Assembly: GCA_964016885.1 (NCBI GenBank) | Contig: OZ024741.1 | Coordinates: 49,166,001 to 49,230,000 of the forward strand | Direction: 5' to 3' | Origin: Eledone cirrhosa | Lineage: Eukaryota | DNA length: 64,000 nucleotides | In this document: piece after piece, positions 11,727-25,511 of the stretch | How positions within the stretch are numbered: position 1 is the stretch's first letter | Layout: the number at the start of each line of letters is the position of its first letter | Translations under genes and position numbers: made by a program | The notes under the pieces: generated by a model | What the model saw: only the letters and a program-made list of their open reading frames with translations | What the model was told of the DNA's origin: nothing | The model's database searches: none

Positions 11727-13679
11727 ATTAATAAATGGAAACTATATTTATAAAACCATATTTATTTCATTATATATATTTCAAGGATACCAAGTTAAAT
11801 CATGGTATGCCTTCATCAGACAAAATACAATATATAACAGTTTTACAAATAGATATTGACGTACCCTTTCAAAAAGGTGACCGTTGCTTTTGGAGGCCAT
11901 CCGGATAGTGGTTTGTTTACTTTAGTAAGTCATAGTGTTAAGAGTAAGTAAAAAGATGGAGAGAGAGAGAGAAACGTGGAGAAAAGAAAGGGAAAGATAG
12001 ATAAAGAAAAAGAAGAAAGCAAAAAGAAAAGAGAACAGAGGAAAAATAACGGGGAGATATCAAAACATCAGACAGAGAAAGAACTCAAGAGAGAGATATG
12101 TAGAGATAGAGAGAGGGGGGGGGGGGAGAGAACGAAAACCTTAAGTTATGTCATATTAAGTTGAGTTAACAATTGAGATGAAATGAATAAATAAAATTAG
12201 AAATATTAATATTCGTGAATGGAATATAGATATATAATATGAGAAATTACACATTGTTTAATTATGATTATATATTTAGTTTAAAAATTGAGATCAATAT
12301 ATTAAAAATTGGAATTTAAACATTATAAAATATCTCTATTGCGAGAGAGATTATCTATCGTATATCACATATACATAGGCAAAGGTACATAAATATATAT
12401 ATATACACTCACTCACTCAGAAAATACACATTATATCTACTCCCGCATATAATGTATACATACAAAGCATAAGTGATTTTTTATTTATTGCTATACACTC
12501 CTTGTGTTATTAATAAAAAAATTTTAGTATATATATATAAATATATAGGATTAACTTTTCTGCATTTATGGCTGTTAAATTATGCATATCTGCAATCAAA
12601 AGCTGCATGTGTAAGCCTGTACATTCACACCCATAATTCTTAGCTATACATGAATAGATATGTGTGTGCATCTTCAATTGGTATATACGCGTCACTCATG
12701 CATATATACAGACAGACATATAATCACAAAAAACCTATAACACATGTATATGTATGTCAACACACACATATAGATACATAAGCCGTACATAGACATAAGT
12801 ATACATCAATATATAACATAGTACAATTGAGTATATAAAATACAAAAGGATTATATTTTGGAAATATAATTATATCAATATAACTTAAAAGGCAAACGAA
12901 TTCTACAAACATCAAAATACTAAAATATCCCAAAATATTATAGAATATTTCAAGTTAAAATAATATGTTTAATATATTTAGCATAGAAATGTATCTTACG
13001 TATATTTTAATCAAGACATTGAAAGGACAAACTTTTGAAAATTATGAGAAGCTATCAGAATAAAAAAAATAAATCTAATAAAAATTATGAGAAGCTATCA
13101 GAATAAAAACAAATCTAATAAAAAATAAAAAATAAAATGAATCTAATAAAAAAATGAATCTAATAAAAAAATAAATAAAATGAATCTAATAAAAAAATAA
13201 AAATAAAATAAAATATTATAACTTAAAAAACAAGGATTCTACAGATATCAATATATAAAAAAATATTAAAAAATAAAAAAAATTAAAAAATAAAAAATTT
13301 AAAAATTTTTAAAAAATCTAAAAAAAATAAAAAAAATAAATTAAAAAAAAAAAAATAAATAAATAAAAAAAAATTTTTTTTTAAAAATTTTAAAAAATCT
13401 TTAAACATTTTAAAATATTATAGAATATTTTAAGCTAAAATAATATGTTTAGTATAGAAATTTATCTTACGTATATTTTATTCAAGATATTGAAAGGATA
13501 AACTTTTCTAGAATAGTTTATTATATTTATAATTATATTTATGAAGAAAATTTATACTTGGGTACTTAACCAAAGAAAATGAAAAAGGTGAAGGAATCTA
13601 ATGATTTATCGACAGGTTTCGTATATTAACTAAATTATTTAATTAATTAAACTACATTTTAAATTTATATTTATATTTA

Positions 13680-14095
13680 AACGTTGAGTTCAATCTATGT
13701 CTGCAGCAACTGAATAAATTATTCCTTAAATTAAGGGAATTTTTGGTCTTTAATAAATATTTCCTCTATACAAAGATCACAATTTTCAGAAGAGGAATTA
13801 AAAGTAGTAGCTTTTGAAATAATATTCCAAATCAGCGAATATTCAACATTATCTCGTTTTAGGTCCCATAATAGGCTAGATAGCGAAGTTGAAGATTTTT
13901 TGTTTGGATCTGTAAAAGAATTTTTATGATTATTGAAGCGGGATTTAAATTCTGTAGAGGTAGAACCGACATAGTTAAATGAATTTAAATTAGTTTTAAC
14001 ATTACAATTATAAACTACATTTTTAGCTAAGCAGTTGTTATTTAACGGACAGTTTGATTTATTTCTACAGTTACAGTTATTCGATTGAATATTCC
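13680..14095 (-). pseudogene. PLE GIY-YIG endonuclease remnant (not in ORF track)
   Basis: Manual translation CNCRNKSNCPLNNNCLAKNVVYNCNV...YVGSTSTEFKSRFNNHKNSF...TSLSSLLWDLK...CDLCIEE...(frameshift) LN...CCRHR. Confidence 0.9.
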
Positions 14096-14486
14096 ATTCA
14101 CGAATATTAATATTTCTAATTTTATTTATTCATTTCATCTCAATTGTTAACTCAACTTAATATGACATAACTTAAGGTTTTCGTTCTTTCCCCCCTCTCT
14201 CTATCTCTACATATCTCTCTCTTGAGTTCTTTCTCTGTCTGATGTTTTGATATCTCCCCGTTATTTTTCCTCTGTTCTCTTTTCTTTTTGCTTTCTTCTT
14301 TTTCTTTATCTATCTTTCCCTTTCTTTTCTCCACGTTTCTCTCTCTCTCTCTCCATCTTTTTACTTACTCTTAACACTATGACTTACTAAAGTAAACAAA
14401 CCACTATCCGGATGGCCTCCAAAAGCAACGGTCACCTTTTTGAAAGGGTACGTCAATATCTATTTGTAAAACTGTTATATATTGTA

Positions 14487-14545
14487 TTTTGTCTGATGAA
14501 GGCATACCATGATTTAACTTGGTATCCTTGAAATATATATAATGA
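14487..14545 (+). ncRNA. Hammerhead motif in the PLE repeat (mirror copy at about 11768-11825, minus)
   Basis: CTGATGA-AGGCATACCA...TGGTATCCTT-GAAA-TATATA; stem I is weak. Confidence 0.6.
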
Positions 14546-14676
14546 AATAAATATGGTTTTATAAATATAGTTTCCATTTATTAATATTGTATATCTACTC
14601 CAAATATTTGTCGAGTGCTTTATATCAGTTATAATAATATTTGCTTGTTGTATCCCAACAATTTAAATAGAACTTT

Positions 14677-14678
<2 letters not shown>

Positions 14679-14753
<75 letters not shown>

Positions 14754-14828
14754 ATATATATATATATATTTGTATATATATATATATTTGTATATATATA
14801 TATATATATTTGTATATATATATATATT

Positions 14829-14891
<63 letters not shown>

Positions 14892-14930
14892 ATATATATA
14901 TATATATTTGTATATATATATAGAGAGAGA
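14679..14930. repeat. (TA)n/TTTG-interrupted microsatellite
   Basis: Direct inspection. Confidence 0.95.
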
Positions 14931-15165
14931 GATAAATATACACGGGTGTGTATGATTGTGTATAGAAGATTATATTAATAAGAGGAATTCCAACTTTGTC
15001 TGATTTACTCGTTTTATTTACAATCCTTTAAAATTTATAATGGTATTATAATGAAATAGTATGATAGAATATTAAATGTTAAGTGTTAATTGAACAAGTA
15101 CTTTCATGCTTTCGCAATCTTCAGGTTCATAATGTGTGGTGACAGTCAAGTTTGCAATTTTCAAT
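14931..15165 (-). mobile_element. PLE-type terminal fragment with HHR (second copy 41718-41900)
   Basis: Dispersed repeat between (TA)n tracts; HHR at 15092-15128. Confidence 0.7.
15092..15128 (-). ncRNA. Minimal type I hammerhead
   Basis: GAAC-CTGAAGA-TTGC(GAAA)GCAT-GAAA-GTACTT-GTTC; palindromic stem III AGTACT. Confidence 0.75.
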
Positions 15166-15244
15166 TTGTATATATATATTTGTATATATATATATATATA
15201 TTTGTATATATATATATATATATTTGTATATATATATATATATT

Positions 15245-15304
<60 letters not shown>

Positions 15305-15928
15305 TGTACATATATATATTTGTATATATATATATATATGTATAGAGATTACAGTAATCAAAGTTCAGTTTAAGTCATTTATTTGCTTACAATTGTTTCC
15401 TCCAAACCGAGGTTTGGATTCTTCGGAGCAGCTATTTATAACATACTTGACCTCCTTTTCAACCCAAAGACACATAAAACATATGCGCATATTGATCAAC
15501 AGTGGGGTGACATTCATCAAATGAAATAGCATGGCAATTTATATATAAAGTGTTACATGATAAAAATAAAATAAAATAAAAGCAAGAGTGAAAATAAGAG
15601 TGGAAATAAAGATAAACATGAAGCGTTGGCAGTCTATGAAGATAAAGCAAGAGGAAAGCTTAGAGTAGTCAGTGTATGAAGCAATCTCCCGTGTAGCATG
15701 CACGCTTGTCTTATCTATACATGATTAGAGTGCGTCAGAATGATATTTGCAGGGTCAGGCAGTTGAAGCAGGCAATCGATCTTATTATATAGGCTGAATT
15801 ACTAAGTCATTTATTCTCATACATCTGTATGATATACAGTCTCGGATGCGGGGAAACACCAAAATATCAAAAACCTTCAACATACTATAAACCTTATTGT
15901 ATCGTAGGCAAGGTCGTACCACTGTATG

Positions 15929-15984
<56 letters not shown>

Positions 15985-15990
<6 letters not shown>

Positions 15991-16248
15991 ATACTTGGGG
16001 AAGGTCATATTTGTGTAATATTGTCAGAATTAATAACAGAACACACTCACTGTTTGGTTGGTTTTCGCTTTTCGCTTCTGTGTCTTTTATATCGGTAATC
16101 TAATATACTCGGTCCTCAATGTTGCCATTGACTGACCGATATAAAAGACACAGAAGCGAAAAGCGAAAACCAACCAAACAGTGAGTGTGTTCTGTTATTA
16201 ATTCTGGCAATATTACACAAATATGACCCTTCCCAAGTATAACAATAT
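15985..16248. repeat. Fold-back inverted repeat (about 110-bp arms) between (TA)n tracts
   Basis: 15985-16096 is the reverse complement of 16134-16248. Confidence 0.9.
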
Positions 16249-16331
16249 TTGTTTCGACACACGATTTCATATAAAAAACCTCGCAAAACTATATATATTT
16301 GTATATATATATATATATGTATATATGTATA

Positions 16332-16376
<45 letters not shown>

Positions 16377-16383
16377 ATATATA

Positions 16384-16682
<299 letters not shown>

Positions 16683-17149
16683 ACTATATATATATATAGA
16701 GAGAGAGAGTATGAGAGGGAGAGAAAATAAAAGGGTTTGTGTGTTTATATAAGAGAAAAGGAGGAACAAGTGAGAATGAATTAGAAAAAAAAAAAAAAAG
16801 ATTAAAAAAAGAATATATGAAAATGAAAGTTAGTAAAAAGGAAGCGACAGGTAGGTGGGGGAGGTGGGGGGGGGGATACAGAGAGAGAGAGAGAGAGAGA
16901 GCGAGAGATGCGGAGGACAAAAAATGGAGGAAGAAAAGTGAAATGGTTATATGGAGAATTGCAGAGGAAAACAGAAAGACAGAGTGAAATAGAGAAGGAG
17001 ATTAGAGGCTGAGAGAGTGAGAGAGTGAGATAGAGAGGAGAGAGGGGGAGAGGGAGGTGAGAGGGCGAAAAGAGAGTGATGTGAGAGGGTGAGGAAGATA
17101 GATGAAAGGGTGAGAGAGTGAGTTAGAGAAGGAGATGAGAGGACGAGAT

Positions 17150-18772
17150 AGTGATTAGCGGGAGATGAAAGGGTGACAGAGTGAGAGGAGATAGAGATAG
17201 AGAGAGGGAGATGAAAGGGTGGCAGAGTGAGAGGAGATAGAGATAGAGAGAGGGAGATGAAAGGGTGGCAGAGTGAGAGGAGATAGAGATAGAGAGCGGG
17301 AGATGAAAGGGTGGCAGAGTGAGAGGAGATAGAGATAGAGAGAGGGAGATGAAAGGGTGGCAGAGTGAGAGGAGATAGAGAGAGGGAGATGAAAGGGTGG
17401 CAGAGTGAGAGGAGATAGAGATAGAGAGAGGGAGATGAAAGGGTGACAGAGTGAGAGGAGATAGAGAGAGGGAGATGAAAGGGTGGCAGAGTGAGAGGAG
17501 ATAGAGATAGAGAGAGGGAGATGAAAGGGTGACAGAGTGAGAGGAGATAGAGAGAGGGAGATGAAATGGTGACAGAGTGAGAGGAGATAGAGAGAGGGAG
17601 ATGAAAGGGTGACAGAGTGAGAGGAGATAGAGAGAGGGAGATGAAATGGTGGCAGAGTGAGAGGAGATAGAGATAGAGAGAGGGAGATGAAAGGGTGACA
17701 GAGTGAGAGGAGATAGAGAGAGGGAGATGAAAGGGTGGCAGAATGAGAGGAGATAGAGATAGAGAGAGGGAGATGAAAGGGTGGCAGAGTGAGAGGAGAT
17801 AGAGATAGAGAGAGGGAGATGAAAGGGTGGCAGAGTGAGAGGAGATAGAGATAGAGAGAGGGAGGTGAAAGGGTGGCAGAGTGAGAGGAGATAGAGAGAG
17901 GGAGATGAAAGGGTGGCAGAGTGAGAGGAGATAGAGATAGGGAGATGAAAGGGTGACAGAGTGAGAGGAGATAGAGATAGGGAGATGAAAGGGTGACAGA
18001 GTGAGAGGAGATAGAGAGAGGGAGATGAAAGAGTGACAGAGTGAGAGGAGATAGAGAGAAGGAGATGAAAGGGTGACAGAGTGAGAGGAGATAGAGAGAG
18101 GGAGATGAAAGGGTGACAGAGTGAGAGGAGATAGAGAGAGGGAGATGAAATGGTGACAGAGTGAGAGGAGATAGAGAGAGGGAGATGAAAGGGTGACAGA
18201 GTGAGAGGAGATAGAGAGAGGGAGATGAAAGGGTGACAGAGTGAGAGGAGATAGAGAGAGGGAGATGAAATGGTGACAGAGTGAGAGGAGATAGAGAGAG
18301 GGAGATGAAATGGTGACAGAGTGAGAGGAGATAGAGAGAGGGAGATGAAAGGGTGACAGAGTGAGAGGAGATAGAGAGAGGGAGATGAAAGGGTGACAGA
18401 GTGAGAGGAGATAGAGAGAGGGAGATGAAATGGTGACAGAGTGAGAGGAGATAGAGAGAGGGAGATGAAATGGTGACAGAGTGAGAGGAGATAGAGAGAG
18501 GGAGATGAAAGGGTGACAGAGTGAGAGGAGATAGAGAGAGGGAGATGAAATGGTGACAGAGTGAGAGGAGATAGAGAGAGGGAGATGAAAGGGTGACAGA
18601 GTGAGAGGAGATAGAGAGAGGGAGATGAAAGAGTGACAGAGTGAGAGGAGATAGAGAGAGGGAGATGAAAGGGTGACAGAGTGAGAGGAGATAGAGAGAG
18701 GGAGATGAAATGGTGACAGAGTGAGAGGAGATAGAGAGAGGGAGATGAAATGGTGACAGAGTGAGAGGAGAC
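17150..18772. repeat. Purine-rich minisatellite, 40/46-bp unit GGAGATGAAAGGGTGACAGAGTGAGAGGAGATAGAGAGAG
   Basis: About 38 tandem units, with a GATAGA 6-bp indel variant. Confidence 0.97.
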
Positions 18773-18799
18773 AGAATTGTATTCGTTATAATGAAAAAG

Positions 18800-19150
18800 A
18801 GAGGAATCTAATAAAGTCTATCATTGAAGCCAGAGACGTTCTTTCCACAGACTTCTTGACGTTCAGTTTAACCTTTTCGTTTCCTGCCACTTCTCTTGCA
18901 GTGTTACAATCACTGTTTCCTGCCACTTCTCTTGCAATGTTACAATCACTGGCTTAGAGAATCGCCTGCATCCGTTTAGTAATTGGCCTTGACAATTAAT
19001 GAATTAACTATTTCTTGAAGTCATCACATCGGATTAGTCGCAGACTGTTTATTGTGCTTTGGATGGAGTTAAGGTGATGGCGATGCCGTGTCGTGAAAAT
19101 GGTAGTTGATGATCTAAACCAATTGTTGAAAATCATTTGCAGAAATATAA
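18800..19150 (-). mobile_element. Degenerate RTE-like LINE 3' fragment
   Basis: Minus strand resembles the GH...RGRP...W...DR..W.R C-terminal RTE region; internal 34-bp duplication. Confidence 0.5.
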
Positions 19151-19171
19151 AGACACTATAGAGTAAAATGA

Positions 19172-19322
19172 AGGTGGCGAATTGGCAGAGTCGTTACAAC
19201 GTCGGATAGACTGCTTTAGGGTATTCGTTCCGGCTTTCTGCTCTCTGAGTTCAAATCCCGCCGAGGTCAACTTTGCCTTTCATCCTTTCGAGGTCGATAA
19301 AAAAATGTAACAGGGTCGATTC
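19172..19322 (+). mobile_element. tRNA-derived SINE, family 1 variant (3'-truncated)
   Basis: GGTGGCGAATTGGCAGAG...GAGTTCAAATCCCGCCGAGGTCAACTTTGCCTTTCATCC. Confidence 0.85.
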
Positions 19323-19689
19323 TTCCTCTATATCTCTTTCTCATTTCCAATCTCTCACTTTCTTTCCCCGAAAGAAATCTGCTGTACTCAGGCCTGGAGA
19401 GAGATGGTCTTCACCAGGCTTAAAATACCCAAGAAACACCGTATGTCACTACGGCGCCCCTACCACTCTGTCAGGAGTTACTTGACCGTAGCATAGTTTA
19501 AAATAGAAGGCTTCGTGAAGTACAAGACGATAAAAGTTAACGAAAAGAATATATAAAATTTGAGAAAGAATACTCAGTCATCGCTACCACAATAATAGGA
19601 GCCCGGGTAGTGGGGGAGAACTATCTCCCAACCCCCCTCTCTCTCTCTTTGGTGTGCATAACCTCATGCACAAGCTGGTTGGTGGTTTC

Positions 19690-19890
19690 AGTGGACAGAT
19701 AGTGAGGTAGACGCATTGGAATAGCCATTCCAATCCACCGAGATCACTCCTGCAGTTGACCAACTCCGTCCCGACAGCAGTGATTCGGGAGCGGAGTATA
19801 GGGACCAAGAACGCCGTAAGTGTTTCACTGCTAAAGTTGATGATTAGTTGGTTATATCTGAAGTCAGATATTGAGCACGAAGCCGTCCAA
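19690..19890 (-). mobile_element. Degenerate CRE-like LINE 3' fragment
   Basis: ITAVGTELVNCRSDLGGLEWLFQCVYL in ORF 19584-19808. Confidence 0.8.
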
Positions 19891-20029
19891 TATATATTGA
19901 AAGTACCTTTTTGTGGCGTTCATGCTTTTCTCTAAGAAAAAAGGACCAAATGGAAATTGTATTCTGGGGATGTTGTTCATCCATTGGTAGTCAATGAAGA
20001 CTATGACATTTTTCTACCTGATTAATTGG

Positions 20030-21260
20030 GAGGAGGAGGAGGAGGAGGAGGAGGAGAAAAGAAGAAGAAGAAGAAGAAGAAGAAGAAGAAGAAGAAGAAG
20101 AAGAAGAAGAAGAAGAAGAAGAAGAAGAAGAAGAAGGTTATGTGTGTCTGTAGATGGCAGGTGTGTCCTATCTTGACACAAAGGTAACCACCACATGTGA
20201 GGCACGTGCTCTATGGCTTCGTTTGAAGTGTCAGTTTAGAGGGTTTAGGGGAGCTCACATCTGCTTTCTACTGTCTCGATGCGTATTTCTGTTTGTTTTC
20301 TTCCCTGATGCTTTGTTTTCGTATGCACGTATTATTAAAGCAGACGACATAGCGTGTCCATCGAACTTGGTGTTTTCCAGCAGGGTTTGTATTGAAGGGA
20401 GTTTCGTTCATTGGAGCTCTTCCGAGTCTGCAACCATAACTTGCCATTCAATGTGCAACAATCTGCATAGATGTGGCATGAAAATGAATCAGCTGTTCGG
20501 CTAGTCTGCTGTAACGGGTCAATGCCTAGCAGCCATGGAGGAGTATCGGGAGTACGGCTGATTGATAGTAATACAGATACCTCTTTAATGCAGGACTGTA
20601 TATCATAGTCTTCCAAAAACTGAGCTTACTTTAGCTCTCCTGGATTGGACTCCATCATCGATATGGACGTGTCTCGAGCAAAGGTTACCAAGGTAGGTGA
20701 ACTTCTCCACTGCTTGGAGACGGGTAACTTTGGCTGTTATTTTTAGCTCGGTGTGTACATTCACTGAAGTTTCTATTGAGAGCTCGTACATTCACTGAAG
20801 TTTTTTTTTGTGTGTTAATTGCCAGACCAAGTTTGTCTCATGTCACAAACAGCCTGTTAACACTTGGTTGCATATCATTGAAAATACTGGTGTTCTGTGC
20901 ACCACCATTTGCAGAGAAAAGGTCATGAAATTAGTGATTTGGATTTAGTGACTGTTTTCAGGCATGAAAGATTGTGAGAACCATCGTCCATTTTGTGGCG
21001 GATGCAAAAACTTGGAGGAAGATTATCCCTGAAAATATCTGTGAATATTGTTGAGAATATCATACGGAACTGTGATGGCGCCAGTACACAGTCCTGTTTT
21101 AAACCATCACCGACAGGACAGTCTACCGATACTTCACTATCATCTAGAACACAAGACACAATGCCTTCGTGGAAATGTCAGAAAAGGAAAGCCAGTCATT
21201 GTGATGTTGTTTTGACTATATTGAGGACAAGAAATATCCCCAATGATGGAGTCATGGCGA
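20030..21260 (-). mobile_element. Degenerate RTE LINE (RT to 3' end) with GGA/GAA repeat at the tail
   Basis: GLKQDCVLAP..F, VEKFTYLG, RAKVSSVFGRL and Y....SVLL motifs over several frameshifted ORFs. Confidence 0.85.
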
Positions 21261-21321
21261 CATTAAGGTTTTAGGTTGTGAGTTGTTTAAGGTGACGGGA
21301 GGTGATAATATTTTCTTGATA

Positions 21322-21515
21322 CGAGGGTCGACTGAAAAGTTCATAGGTTGACTATGAAGGATTAATGATAGAGCTGTGAAATCTTGCATGCTTTCATTTC
21401 AACTTTTCTTATTAATAACTTGTTTCTTTCCAGGGACTATGTTGAAAAATACATCTCATTTGGTCATTCCATGAGAGTATCTCAGTCAGCCTATGAAGTT
21501 TTCAGCAGACCCTCG
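21322..21515. mobile_element. Tc1/mariner MITE
   Basis: TIRs CGAGGGTCGACTGAAAAGTTCATAGG / CCTATGAAGTTTTCAGCAGACCCTCG; TA TSD. Confidence 0.9.
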
Positions 21516-21643
21516 TATGTGTAAAGACTGTGTCTGAACATGGGATCGCTTCAGATTTAGTGTGAGGTGTCTAGTTTGGTTTCAGCATTGGCTTGGCTTG
21601 ACTTGCGATATGACAGGAAACTAGTGCTGAAAAAAGAAATAAT

Positions 21644-21812
21644 TGTTTCTACTTTTGGCACAAGGCCAGTGCATTACTGGTACTTTACTTTATCGACCCC
21701 GTAAGGATGAATGGCAAAATTAACCTCGGCGGGATTTGAACTCAGAATGGCAAGGGCCGTAATTTGCCTCAAAGCATGGCGTTCGACCCTCTACCGATAC
21801 TGCCAATCCACC
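21644..21812 (-). mobile_element. SINE family 1 with an 18-bp TSD
   Basis: GCTGAAAAAAGAAATAAT at 21626-21643 and 21813-21830. Confidence 0.92.
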
Positions 21813-22140
21813 GCTGAAAAAAGAAATAATGGAGCCCATAGGTAGGTGGTTTTGCCAGAAAGTTTGTTCAAAGACTTACTGATATCGAGGATTGTTTTTA
21901 TAAAACAAGATTGTTTTTATGAAATTTCTCTAGAGCAGAAATCCACATATGAGTGATATAGAAGAGCACATATATCTAAAACAGAGAATGTCTGTCTGTA
22001 AGCTCACTAAAACTCGAGAACCACCCAACCGATTGTTTTTAAACTTTTCACATGTAATACTTATGGTCCTGTGAGTGTTTTGAGGAAAAAAAAGTTTCAA
22101 ATGTTCAATGCTCTAGGGACCGCATTAGGCGATTTAGCGA

Positions 22141-22251
22141 TCTCTCTCTATAATTCTTAGTCTTTCTCTTTAGATAGATACATAGATATAACGTTGCGCC
22201 CTTATAATATCTGTCTGTATGTCTGTTGTCTGCATTATGACATTATGACGC

Positions 22252-22325
<74 letters not shown>

Positions 22326-22475
22326 GTGTGTATATATATATATATATAGTCTGTAACGTATTTCGAAATATTTACTTCTGCTTTCACAGATTGATTTTTT
22401 AAAATTTTATTTTCGGAAGATCTCATTAAGGGTGAAAGCAGCGATTCTTTGCTTAAACTTTAATCTGTTATTTTA

Positions 22476-22534
<59 letters not shown>

Positions 22535-22938
22535 TAAACGGAATAGAAAATGCTGACAAATTGTTCACAGTTGAAAAATGGTTTAATTAGGAATAAAAGA
22601 GTATTAGTGATTGTATGGGTTAGTATTCAGTTGTGGTTTTAAGTTTTTAAGTTTTTACCGGTTGCGCATTTCTAAATGCTTTTCAAAAATAATTTTGAGA
22701 TAGAGTGTCCGTGCTGTTTGCTGGACACTCTATCTCAAAATTATTTTTGAAAAGCATTTAGAAATGCGCAACCGGTAAAAACTTAACTTAAAACCACAAC
22801 TGAATATTAACCCATACAATCACTAATACTCTTTTATTCCTAATTAAACCATTTTTCAACTGTGAACAATTTGTCAGCATTTTCTATTCCGTTTACCAAT
22901 ATATAATAACTTGTGTGTTACACCTCTATTCTTTTAAC

Positions 22939-22969
<31 letters not shown>

Positions 22970-22977
22970 TATATCTA

Positions 22978-23019
<42 letters not shown>

Positions 23020-23740
23020 ATCACATATATTTTTATTTGTTTGACCCGAATTACTTGGTCGTTTTTATGGTTGTGCGGATGATTGTTTAACCATCGTCTC
23101 AGTGTGTTTGGCCTTTAACGAATGTTGTAGCTCTGGTTCATCTGAATCATTGAGCGCTTGCCACACATCTCGGAAGTTGTTTTTCGTTAATTCCTAAGCC
23201 GAAATACGATTACCGCTAATTTATATTTGTATATATATATATATATACAAGTAAATAATCGAGAATCAGAATCTCGGCCCACGAAATAACGATTAACAAT
23301 CTTCGACATGTGTGGCAGAGGGCTCAATAGTTTGGATGAACCAGAGCTATATATATATATATATAATTAAATATTCGTGTACAGATATTTTTGCATACAC
23401 AATAACAAAATATAAACAAAAGTATTTATTTCACGATAAAGTATTGATTTTCTTCGCACGAAAAAAAAAACCCTGGTAATCTACGACGAATTTTTTTTAT
23501 AAGCACAAAATGTAGACACCATCCCGAGGCCGAGGTATGCCGTACTTTTCTGTACTTCTCTGTACTTTTCCGTACTTCTCTGTACTGTTATATATATATT
23601 CGTGTACAGACATTTTTGCATACACAATAACAAAATATAAACAAACGTATTTATTTCACGAGGCTCGATAAGGATAAATATATATCAAATATATAAGAAC
23701 CCTAAAGCAAATCCCGAGCAACGCCGGGTCATTCTGCTAG
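22141..23740 (+). mobile_element. Non-autonomous Helitron containing nested insertions
   Basis: 3' hairpin CCCG(AGCAACGC)CGGG followed by CTAG|T at 23737-23741; body matches 62455-62650 in reverse; the 5' end is approximate. Confidence 0.75.
22529..22902. mobile_element. Fold-back (about 180-bp arms) PLE terminus with a degenerate U3-A8 HHR
   Basis: Inverted repeat centred on about 22716; TTGAAAA-GCATT..AATGC-GCAA-CCGGTA-AAAA at 22743-22781 (GAAA changed to GCAA). Confidence 0.85.
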
Positions 23741-23794
23741 TATGTAATAAAACCCTATTATATCGCTTATCCGAGTTAATCATCCTTTTACCTG

Positions 23795-23842
<48 letters not shown>

Positions 23843-23843
<1 letters not shown>

Positions 23844-24300
23844 GTCAGGTCGCTCTCAAGTGCTACTGGTAACATGTAACCCAGTACAACCTGTCTCATA
23901 GTCGGATCGTCGGCAACTAAACCGGCAACCCCACCAAGCTTGCTTGGTGAAGAGGGTGATATTTGGACACGCTGTGGGATGAAATACAAAAGCCGGCAAA
24001 GGACGGAGGAACTTTTTTTTTCACCTGGGAGTGAAAGGCCCCCAGTTGTTGTCACAACACCTTTCTAGGAGAGGGAAACTCTGAAAAAAACCCCTGCAGC
24101 TTCGGAAGCATCCGATGATGTTGACCAGTTCTCTTTTTCGGGTAGTGTTTTCGATGTTCAGAGAGTGGGACTGGTCGAGTGCAAGGCCTTTCCCCACTTA
24201 AAAAACCTTCAAAGCGCAGGTATTGCTTGTTCAGGATCTGTTATAGGTTCGTGTGGCTGGCCGTAGTCTAAAAGTGCACCGAACTCTATAATTTGGCATA
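23843..24300 (+). mobile_element. Non-autonomous RTE 5' UTR derivative
   Basis: Collinear with 6438-6840 and with 43170-43395; (TA)n flanks. Confidence 0.8.
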
Positions 24301-24451
24301 TATATAATTTGACATATATATATATATATATATATATACGTTATTCCGGGTTGAGTCGGAGGTAACCACAGTAAGTAAGGTACTCAATACATTGCAGAGT
24401 ATAAAAGTTTTAATATATTTATATATATATATATATAAATGTAAAAAAACC

Positions 24452-24943
24452 ATGAGTATACCACCAGTACATCAAACTAACCATAATATCTCCTCTGATA
24501 CATGATTCACGAAAAGTTGTAACTGTAGAAACAAAGCAAACTGCCCATTAAAAGGAAATTGCCTTGTTAATAACATAGTATATAAATGTAAAGTTAACAC
24601 TAAGGACTCAATTTATTCATATATAGGAACTACCTCTAACCAATTTAAAGTAAGATTTAATACCCACAAACATAGTTTTAAAAATGCCGCATTAGCTAAT
24701 ACAACATCTCTAGCTGAAATAATTAATAATTATAGAAAGAGGAATATAGATTATGACCTGACCTGGAGTGTGCTCAAAAGGGCCACCCCTTATCAAAATA
24801 ATAGATATGAATGTAGATTGTGTTCCCAAGAACTTTTTGAAATAATGAAATCTAAGGATATCCTATTAAATAAACGACAGGAATTAATAATATCGTGTAA
24901 TCATAAACTGAGAAAAACCTTTAAATATTATAAACCTAATTAA
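24452..24943 (+). pseudogene. PLE GIY-YIG endonuclease remnant (not in ORF track)
   Basis: Open frame after TGA 24503: SCNCRNKANCPLKGNCLVNNIVYKC...YIGTTSNQFKVRFNTHKHSF...CRLCSQE...LLNKRQELIISCNHK...*. Confidence 0.92.
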
Positions 24944-25178
24944 TATACATTTTAGAAATTAATATAAACACTTTTTTTAATTTAGTTAACCTATAATTAA
25001 TATTCTACTACTGATGAACTACATAATTTTACTTTCCTTCTTACAACTATCTTTTCCTAAAATGGATACCATTAAGTAAACATATATAATGTTTTAATTT
25101 CAGGTTATGATTCTATGTTCCTTGAAATCTCTATATATTTATTATTTCTCACTAATAAATTTAACCCCCCCACCCCAA

Positions 25179-25249
<71 letters not shown>

Positions 25250-25511
25250 TTTTTATATTTTTTTAATTTCCCCTCGTCTTTAACAGCACTCTTCAATTAC
25301 GTCTAACTCTTATTTATCATATCTATATGCATTAATATAATTTTATCACTATAAATATACCCATCAATTAAATTAATTCATATTCTTTTCATAGATGTAA
25401 ATTCCATATATATTTTTTTCACTAACACTTTTATCGTAAAATTTTAGTCTCCTTAGATATCTACATTGGCATTATTCTTTTATAACAGCAACTTTTCGTG
25501 TACTTTTTACT

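Noticed and set aside
13050-13420. A-rich low-complexity tract
   Set aside because: Slippage-derived repeats inside a PLE 3' region, with no further structure.
24503-24505. In-frame TGA as possible selenocysteine (known in Naiad PLEs)
   Set aside because: It is not at a conserved Cys position, all linker and EN cysteines use TGY, and the EN is C-terminal. It is more likely a nonsense mutation.
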